The notes under the pieces were generated by a model. That model was not told where the DNA came from, made no database searches, and saw nothing but the letters and a program-made list of their open reading frames with translations. The position numbers were made by a program, and so were the translations under genes. From Candidatus Bathyarchaeia archaeon (lineage in GTDB: Archaea; Thermoproteota; Bathyarchaeia; Bathyarchaeales; Bathycorpusculaceae), in contig JBEKOM010000005.1 in NCBI GenBank assembly GCA_049521795.1, positions 1 to 64,000 on the forward strand: a stretch of 64,000 nucleotides of DNA, in the 5' to 3' direction. Numbering within the stretch: the stretch's first letter is position 1; each line of letters begins with the position of its first letter. Positions 10,254 to 16,995 of the stretch are shown one piece after another.

Positions 10254-10706
10254 CTGTTAACCAGCATCCTCATCGTTGACGATGACGCCGGAGTGAGAAC
10301 CATGCTCTCAACGGTCCTCAACGACGAGGGATACCTGACTGAAGCAGTGGAAAATGGCAAGAAGGCAGTCAAGGCCTGCGAAGAATCCTCTTTCGACGTC
10401 GCCCTCATAGACATCGAACTCCCAGACATGAAAGGCACAGAACTTCTCAACAAATTAAAGAAAATACAACCGAAAATGATCAGGATAATTATCACGGGAC
10501 ACCCCAGCCTCGAAAGCGCCATGAAGGCCGTAAACGAAAGAGCAGACGGATACGTACTGAAACCCTTCGAAGTAACAGAACTGCTGCAAAAGATAAGAAG
10601 ACTCCTGGAAGAGAAGACCAACGAGTACCTGCGCATCTCCGATGAGACCGCTCACGCAAAAGAGAGCACTCCAGTCGTCAAATACCAACGCTCAGACAGA
10701 TGGTAA
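10254..10706 (+). CDS. Stand-alone response regulator (REC), probable CTG start
   Basis: ILIVDDD, LIDIELPD, ITGHP, YVLKPF; acidic pocket lies upstream of the first canonical start (10293). Confidence 0.9.
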   Translation: MLTSILIVDDDAGVRTMLSTVLNDEGYLTEAVENGKKAVKACEESSFDVALIDIELPDMKGTELLNKLKKIQPKMIRIIITGHPSLESAMKAVNERADGYVLKPFEVTELLQKIRRLLEEKTNEYLRISDETAHAKESTPVVKYQRSDRW

Positions 10707-10918
10707 CGAACTAAAACCAAATGGACCATTTTAGGAACACGCGTACGAGCTATCGCATTGGGCTAGGCGCAAAATCAATAAGTATAGGTAAAGGCAAATT
10801 AGCGTGCGCACCATGATGGAATCTGGATTGGACTCACCAACAAAAAAACCATATCGAAAAGAGGACTCACGCTAGACGCAAGCAGATAGAACCAGCAAAG
10901 AGAGGAGTGCATACGCGT

Positions 10919-11674
10919 ATGGAATTCTTCAATTCCTATGGAGATGCTAGACGTGCAGAAGCCTACGCGAAGCTCGAGTTTCCAGGCACGTACTATTTGG
11001 CCTACAGGGATCTGCCTGAGATCATACGCGAACATGCAAGAGGGAGGAGAGCATTTGATTTTGGGTGCGGAGCTGGGCGTTCTACTCGTTTTCTGCAGAA
11101 GCTCGGACTCAACGTTGTCGGTGTTGACATTTCAGAGGACATGCTGAAGAAGGCCAGAGAGCTGGACCCAAAGGGCGATTATCGCCTAATCGAAGAAGGC
11201 AACTTAGGCCAGTTTGAGGACGATGCCTATGACCTTGTGCTGTCCGCGTTCACGTTCGACAACGTTCCCACCATGGAAAAAAAGGTGAGGAATTTCAGAG
11301 AGCTTGGACGTCTGCTGAAGACTGAAGGGGTCCTAGTTAATCTGGTCTCGTCACCTGAGATCTACACGCACGAGTGGGCCTCTTTTTCGACGAAGGACTT
11401 TCCAGAAAACAAACGTGCGAAGAGCGGAGACAAAGTGAGAATAATCCAAACAGACCTCGACGATAAGAGGCCGGTGGAGGATGTTGTCTGGACGGACGAG
11501 TCTTACCGAGAAACCTACAGGAGGGCCGGGCTTGAATTGATCAAGACCTACAAACCGTTGGCAAAGAAGAATGAGCCATACGAATGGGTCAACGAAACGA
11601 GGGTCGCGCCATGGGTCATCTATGTACTGAGAAAACAAGAGACGCACTCCTGCCGAGGCGAGCGCCCTTCTTAG
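10919..11674 (+). CDS. Class I SAM-dependent methyltransferase
   Basis: FDFGCGAG motif I, GVDISEDML. Confidence 0.9.
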   Translation: MEFFNSYGDARRAEAYAKLEFPGTYYLAYRDLPEIIREHARGRRAFDFGCGAGRSTRFLQKLGLNVVGVDISEDMLKKARELDPKGDYRLIEEGNLGQFEDDAYDLVLSAFTFDNVPTMEKKVRNFRELGRLLKTEGVLVNLVSSPEIYTHEWASFSTKDFPENKRAKSGDKVRIIQTDLDDKRPVEDVVWTDESYRETYRRAGLELIKTYKPLAKKNEPYEWVNETRVAPWVIYVLRKQETHSCRGERPS

Positions 11675-11736
11675 GGATGGTTAATAACGTTGACAGAGAC
11701 CTACAATGCTCATTGAACATAAGGAGGTAGCGAGTT

Positions 11737-12309
11737 ATGGTCGCAGATCTGGAGTTTCGTCCGCTCACCTCTGAAACGTGGCAAGATCTTCAGACGCTTT
11801 TTGAAAGGGACAGGGTGTGTCGCGCTTGTTGGTGCATGTGGTGGAGGCTCTCGGCAACAGAATGGATGAAGCAGAGAGGCAAAGAGAACAGAGAAGCCAT
11901 GGAAGCAACAGTGAAATCTGGAAAAGTTGCCGGCATACTGGCTTATTCCGATGACAAACCGATCGGCTGGTGCTCGATATCGCCCAGAGAGGAATATCCT
12001 AGGTTGGAAAGATCCAGAGCTCTCAAGAGAATCGATGACAAACCAGTGTGGTCCGTTGTGTGCTTCTTCGTGGCCAAACCTTTCAGAGGACACGGTGTAG
12101 CAACCAGACTGCTCGAGGCCGCTGTCGTCTACGCTGGAAAACGGGGAGCCACGATCGTAGAAGGTTATCCGAACAGGTCAAACAAGATGCAGCAAGACTC
12201 GCTTGTTTACACTGGCATTATGTCTTCGTTTGAGAAGGTCGGGTTTGTTGAAGTTCAGAACAGTTCCAAGACCAAGGCAACCATGCGGTACGTGTTTGGA
12301 GGCAAGTAG
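11737..12309 (+). CDS. GNAT N-acetyltransferase (CWCMWW type)
   Basis: CWCMWWR, IGWCSISPRE, VVCFFVAKPFRGHGVA, VEGYP; SD GGAGGT upstream. Confidence 0.9.
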   Translation: MVADLEFRPLTSETWQDLQTLFERDRVCRACWCMWWRLSATEWMKQRGKENREAMEATVKSGKVAGILAYSDDKPIGWCSISPREEYPRLERSRALKRIDDKPVWSVVCFFVAKPFRGHGVATRLLEAAVVYAGKRGATIVEGYPNRSNKMQQDSLVYTGIMSSFEKVGFVEVQNSSKTKATMRYVFGGK

Positions 12310-12465
12310 CGACAATGTCTCATCGGCTTTAGCAGAAAAGGAGATGGTTGAGAGGGACATCTTCGTGAGCTATGCGTCGACAACCAGCACGCTGGTCTCT
12401 TGAAACAATGCCTCGTTTTCCATGGCGTTTTGGCACGCTCTCCACTGGGCTCAATCACGACTGTT

Positions 12466-13392
12466 TCAAGCTAGGAATAGAATGGCAACGCCGATGATGG
12501 CAACGAATGCCCCTAGTATGCCGCGCCGGCTGGTCCTTTCTCTGTAGATTATCCACACCACCGGGATGATGAGGATGGGCATCAAGGACATCAATGTCTG
12601 CGCAATGCCTGTCTGAGTGTCGGCTACAGCGACCATGGACAGCGTCATGCCTATGAACGGTCCGACCACTGCACCCGCAGCAGTGTACTTGATTCCCACC
12701 TTGTCCTTAACGGCGCGTCGTAGGTCCGACCGTTTTCCCGCGAAGAGGGCAATTGTCCAAATGAACACGCCGGCCAGCATCATCCGTATCAACGCTGCGG
12801 ACACAGGATTCATCGCCACGCTCGTGTCGAGGTACATTCCCTTCTTTGAGAGGACAAGGCCGAACCCTTGGCCCATCGCCGAAACCAAACCGAAAAGTAC
12901 TCCCCAAGCCTTGCGGTTCTTTGCTTCAAGCTTCTCTTCCGACGTTTCTTCCTGCTCCAGCAGGACCACAATGATACCTGTCAACGTGACCGCTATTCCA
13001 AGGATAGACAACAGTGACAGCGGCTCTTCCAACATCCAGTACGCGCCTAACGATGCAAATATCGGCGCTGAAGACTGAATGAGGACTGAACGTCGCGGAC
13101 CGATCGTAACGTACGCTGCAAACAACCCGAAATCACCGATGCCAAGCCCAACGATCCCGCTTAGACCCATCCAGAACCATTGCCCGCTGCTCGCAAGAGG
13201 AAGAAGAGTACCCAACAAGACGACATGCGCAAGAATCAGAAGGCCAATGGCCATTATCGTGCGATACGCGTTGACACTGAATGAACCGAACCTTCTGCCG
13301 GCCGATGTGAAAAGGATACAGCTGCACGTCCAGAAGCATGATGTGAGAATCGCGGCTGACTCTCCTATGAGACTTGAGTCCAAATTCCTCAC
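12466..13392 (-). CDS. DMT/EamA family transporter
   Basis: About 10 TM segments, GLGIGD and two-repeat EamA pattern; start taken at GTG 13392 or TTG 13383 instead of the ORF-track 13560. Confidence 0.9.
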   Translation of the reverse strand: MRNLDSSLIGESAAILTSCFWTCSCILFTSAGRRFGSFSVNAYRTIMAIGLLILAHVVLLGTLLPLASSGQWFWMGLSGIVGLGIGDFGLFAAYVTIGPRRSVLIQSSAPIFASLGAYWMLEEPLSLLSILGIAVTLTGIIVVLLEQEETSEEKLEAKNRKAWGVLFGLVSAMGQGFGLVLSKKGMYLDTSVAMNPVSAALIRMMLAGVFIWTIALFAGKRSDLRRAVKDKVGIKYTAAGAVVGPFIGMTLSMVAVADTQTGIAQTLMSLMPILIIPVVWIIYRERTSRRGILGAFVAIIGVAILFLA

Positions 13393-13605
13393 TGTTAGAT
13401 TAGGGCATGACAGCTCAGATAACCTTAAACCTTTCCCACAACGGGCGCGGTTAGTTTGAACAAGGACCGCGAGAACGCACCGTTTTGCAGATGATGATGT
13501 GCCATGTTTCGGAGACGAAGACCACGTGCAGCGGACATTGCGGTTGTTCTTTTCAATCATCTCATAGAATAGAAGGCACAGGTTTGACAGGCTCAGAAGC
13601 TCGCT

Positions 13606-14349
13606 CTAGCGCATGTCCTTGCAGCAGGCAGGGTTGTCGTAATAGTCTCTGGCGACTCGAATCATGTTACGGTCCTGCGTCAACATGGCGGTTTCATCTA
13701 TCCAGTCTGACAGCGTCAAGAGAGTTTTCATGTCGGAGATGAGCATCCCAACCGAGCAGTAGAGTACGCGTACATCGCCAAGGTCTGTTGGACTTTCCTT
13801 TTCGAAGATTTCTTGCGTCAAGGCGATGTTGAGTTTGACTCTGCGGCTCTCCTTTGCCTTTGTCAAAGGTTCTTTAAGTTCTCTGAGAACTGCCGGAACG
13901 GAAATGAAAATCGTTATTTCTTTTCGGCTTGCTTCAATCAGGGCTTTCATCCTGTTAATGATGTTCTTTTGTCCCCGAATGATGTAAGCCACTTCCAGCT
14001 CCTCCGACTTCTCAGCGCTCTCATATATCGGTGTCAAAACGTCAACCAAAACATCGGCTTCCATCATTTTCTCGTTGAACGCTTCGGTCATCTGCTGTTT
14101 CAGACTGGCGACAGCTTCCTTCGGCGGCACGGACCGATAGATGTTTGGGTTGCCTCTCTGAACTATGAGCATACCTTTCTTCGAGAGCCCGTCTAAAGCA
14201 TGGTAGATTTTCGAGTCCGGGATGCCAGTTTCCTTGCACAGCGCGCCCGCGGTCATATTAGAATGCGTCAACAGCGTAACATAGGCCAAGGCTTCATGAG
14301 TCGGCAACTCAAGCTCTTTAAGCCGAGAAACCATTCTTTCTCGAACCAC
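13606..14349 (-). CDS. TrmB-family transcriptional regulator with C-terminal CC
   Basis: HEALAYVTLL...TGIPDSKIYHALDGLSKKG wHTH, TrmB C-domain, ends ...NPACCKDMR. Confidence 0.9.
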   Translation of the reverse strand: MVRERMVSRLKELELPTHEALAYVTLLTHSNMTAGALCKETGIPDSKIYHALDGLSKKGMLIVQRGNPNIYRSVPPKEAVASLKQQMTEAFNEKMMEADVLVDVLTPIYESAEKSEELEVAYIIRGQKNIINRMKALIEASRKEITIFISVPAVLRELKEPLTKAKESRRVKLNIALTQEIFEKESPTDLGDVRVLYCSVGMLISDMKTLLTLSDWIDETAMLTQDRNMIRVARDYYDNPACCKDMR

Positions 14350-14410
14350 TGTTTCTGTTACGTTCGCGAGTGTCTCCCCCTTTTTCTAATGAGCAGTTGT
14401 TAGAAAACGC

Positions 14411-14442
14411 TTAAATAGTTTTCTACTACTCAAAAGTAGTAG
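14411..14442 (+). promoter_or_regulatory. TATA box and palindromic operator between trmB and the CMD-arsM genes
   Basis: TTAAATA at 14411 followed by CTACTACT-caaa-AGTAGTAG (14423-14442). Confidence 0.7.
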
Positions 14443-14463
14443 TAAAAAAAGAGCCGATCCCAC

Positions 14464-14760
14464 ATGGAAGACAAAATCAAGTTGTTGATAGCTGTCGGGG
14501 CTTCCGTCACCGCGAATTGCCAGCCCTGTCTCAAGACCGCCGTCACTCAAGCGCAGTCAGTAGGAGTAGACAAGAAGGAGATCATTGAGGCAATCGCGAT
14601 AGGGAGAGTTGTGAGAAGGGGCGCGTTTGGTAAGATGGACAAATTCGCTTCCAGTCTCACCGGAAAGCCCGTGGAAAAGTCGGACGATTGTCCGTTTGGC
14701 TCGACAGAAGAGGACGTCAAAGAATGGGTGGAGCAGGACGATCAATGCGGTTGCAAGTGA
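14464..14760 (+). CDS. Carboxymuconolactone decarboxylase/AhpD-like small protein (CxxC)
   Basis: LIAVGASVTANCQPCLK...EIIEAI; extra Cys in CPF and C-terminal CGC. Confidence 0.8.
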   Translation: MEDKIKLLIAVGASVTANCQPCLKTAVTQAQSVGVDKKEIIEAIAIGRVVRRGAFGKMDKFASSLTGKPVEKSDDCPFGSTEEDVKEWVEQDDQCGCK

Positions 14761-14785
14761 AAGTCTGGGCTTTTGAGGGCAAGAT
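14761..14785 (+). repeat. Left copy of imperfect direct repeat flanking arsM; half-site similar to site F
   Basis: AAGTCTGGGC-tttt-GAGGGCAAGAT vs 15760 AAGCCTGAGC-GAGGGCAAGAT. Confidence 0.5.
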
Positions 14786-14836
14786 CCACGACTTATTAAA
14801 TAGCGCGTACGAGTCATCATGTTGGAGGTGAACCAT

Positions 14837-15670
14837 GTGGAAGAAGAAAAAGTGAAAAAGATAGTCCGAGAAGGCTACGCAAAGATCGCCAAGAAACAGA
14901 AGTCCTGCTGCGACACACCAGCTTCCTGTTGTTCCAACGGCTCCGATGTGAGCAAAGAGATCACCAAGAGAATAGGCTACACTGAAGAGGAAATAGACTC
15001 AGTTCCAGAAGGCGCAAACCTAGGCCTAGGATGCGGAAATCCTGTGGCGCTGGCTTCTCTGAAGAAAGGACAAACTGTGCTAGACCTTGGCTCAGGCGGA
15101 GGGTTTGACTGTTTTCTAGCGGCAAACAGAGTTGGAAAAGAAGGCAAGGTCATTGGCGTGGACATGACGCCTGAAATGATTGACAAGGCCAGAGAGAACG
15201 CGCGGAAAAGCAAGTACGAGAACGTCGAGTTCAGACTTGGAGAAATCGAAAATCTACCGGTTGCAGACGGCACGGTTGACGTTATCATATCAAACTGCGT
15301 GATCAACCTGTCGCCGAACAAGAGGCGCGTGTTTGAAGAGGCCTTCAGAGTTCTAAAACCCAGCGGAAGACTGATGGTCTCGGACATCGTGCTTCTGAAG
15401 CAGCTCCCAGAAATCATAAGAAAAAACGTTGAGGCATACATCGGGTGCCTTTCAGGCGCCGAAATGAAGGACAAGTACCTGCAAATGATAAGAGACGCTG
15501 GTTTTCAAGAAGTCAAAGTCGTCGAAGAGAATTACTTCCAAGTCGAAAACATGGCCAACGATCCCACGGCGCAAGCGATCGTAAAGACTTCAGAGATACC
15601 CCTTGAGAGAATCAAGAAAGTCGCCAATGCCGTGGCAAGCGTAAGAGTCTCCGGCGTTAAGCCCAACTAA
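14837..15670 (+). CDS. arsM: Arsenite S-adenosylmethionine methyltransferase
   Basis: LGLGCGNP, VLDLGSGGGFDCFLAA, ISNCVINLSP, YIGCLSGA conserved Cys; N-terminal CC pairs; SD GGAGGTGA before GTG. Confidence 0.92.
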   Translation: MEEEKVKKIVREGYAKIAKKQKSCCDTPASCCSNGSDVSKEITKRIGYTEEEIDSVPEGANLGLGCGNPVALASLKKGQTVLDLGSGGGFDCFLAANRVGKEGKVIGVDMTPEMIDKARENARKSKYENVEFRLGEIENLPVADGTVDVIISNCVINLSPNKRRVFEEAFRVLKPSGRLMVSDIVLLKQLPEIIRKNVEAYIGCLSGAEMKDKYLQMIRDAGFQEVKVVEENYFQVENMANDPTAQAIVKTSEIPLERIKKVANAVASVRVSGVKPN

Positions 15671-15759
15671 TCCTCGAAGGGCTGTGGAAACCTGAAGAGG
15701 AGCCCTGCCTCTTTTGTGTGAGAATGATGAAGACAAGCCAGATGGCAGAGGCGTTTGGC

Positions 15760-15780
15760 AAGCCTGAGCGAGGGCAAGAT
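15760..15780 (+). repeat. Right copy of imperfect direct repeat flanking arsM
   Basis: AAGCCTGAGCGAGGGCAAGAT; 11-bp exact core shared with 14775-14785. Confidence 0.5.
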
Positions 15781-15931
15781 GGAGCACGTCCAGATTCTAA
15801 GCCGTGAATTGCCCATTTTTCAAAATCGGCGGAATTCACATAACGCATACTAGGTCCTCCTATTCCATTTTTGGATTTATGGAGTTCAACGAGGAACAGG
15901 AAACGTTTCAAAAAAAGGGGTAGAGGATAGT

Positions 15932-16507
15932 TTAGCTAGCGGGTTGTATGTTGAAGGGTAGCACCGCGTACGCGTGTGTGTTTGTCGCGTTGATTGCTTC
16001 GTAGCCTAGCATCACGTTGATGCTGAAGTTCGCATTGCTGAACACGTTGCTCTCCAACACTTTAACCGTCACGCTCTGCCCAGGATTCGCGAACGTGCCG
16101 TTGAACAGTGCAGCCCTGCCCACGACTTCGCTGCCCAGAGTCCAGGCTTTAGGAAGTAAGACCCGGACTTGACTCGAGCCGGTATCCAAGATGAGCATGC
16201 CTCTAAGCTCTGAGACCACGGTTCCCTGAACCGTTGAGAGCGTAGCGTTCTGCAATAGCTCTTCAGTCGGCTGAAGACCGTTCGCCCGCATTTGCGGCAT
16301 GCGCGTCATATGACCCCACGGTATCGTAACGTTGTTTGGCAAAGTAACGTTCGACCCGAAGAAAGTCTGCATATTCTGAATGCCCGTCTGCTGCTCATTA
16401 CTATTGGCTGTGATGCCGTTCTGGGAGCATGCGTACACGAAGGCCACAGTGCCCAGTGCGATGAACAAAACCGCAGCTACAGCAGCTATCTTCAAAGTTT
16501 TCCTCAT
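15932..16507 (-). CDS. Secreted/membrane-anchored hypothetical protein
   Basis: Basic N-terminus plus hydrophobic signal peptide; N/T-rich with several NxT/S sequons. Confidence 0.75.
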   Translation of the reverse strand: MRKTLKIAAVAAVLFIALGTVAFVYACSQNGITANSNEQQTGIQNMQTFFGSNVTLPNNVTIPWGHMTRMPQMRANGLQPTEELLQNATLSTVQGTVVSELRGMLILDTGSSQVRVLLPKAWTLGSEVVGRAALFNGTFANPGQSVTVKVLESNVFSNANFSINVMLGYEAINATNTHAYAVLPFNIQPAS

Positions 16508-16806
16508 TCTTTCACATCACCATGCAATCAGCAGACCGCAGGCTGCCTAGAAAGTGTTTTTCAGAATTAAGCCCTATTCCATTACTAATCTGACCATGCG
16601 CTTGCACCTCTGACCGTTGAAGGGACACGTTCATCACGCCAGTTCAAACGGTTCAGCTCTGATCCGGCTATAGGAGTTGGAACCATTCAACAGTGCGAGA
16701 TGCCCATGGAAACGGGTGATAGAGATTAGGAATTCATAAGTTATTTATTGGCGCTTGTTACAACGTGTCTTTAAACCGATGATGCAACAATACGTGGAGA
16801 TTCTGG

Positions 16807-16995
16807 TTGTTCAAGAAGGATTTCGACGAAGTTACACGCAAGGCGGTCGATGAGGGATTTTCTGCCACAGGAGAGTCTGTTGAGCAGTGGGTCCATTTTC
16901 ACGCGGAAAGCTCCTTTGAAGAATGCACCATTGCTGCCGATAATTGTTTCCTGCAGAGAAACAGAACTAAGACGACGGCGGAGCTGACTGAATAA
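16807..16995 (+). pseudogene. Internally shortened NitrOD5-like output-domain protein
   Basis: FDEVTRKAVDEGFSATGES...VHFHAESSF resembles, by recall, the N-terminus of NitrOD5-type proteins; only 62 aa; stop overlaps the kinase start. Confidence 0.5.
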
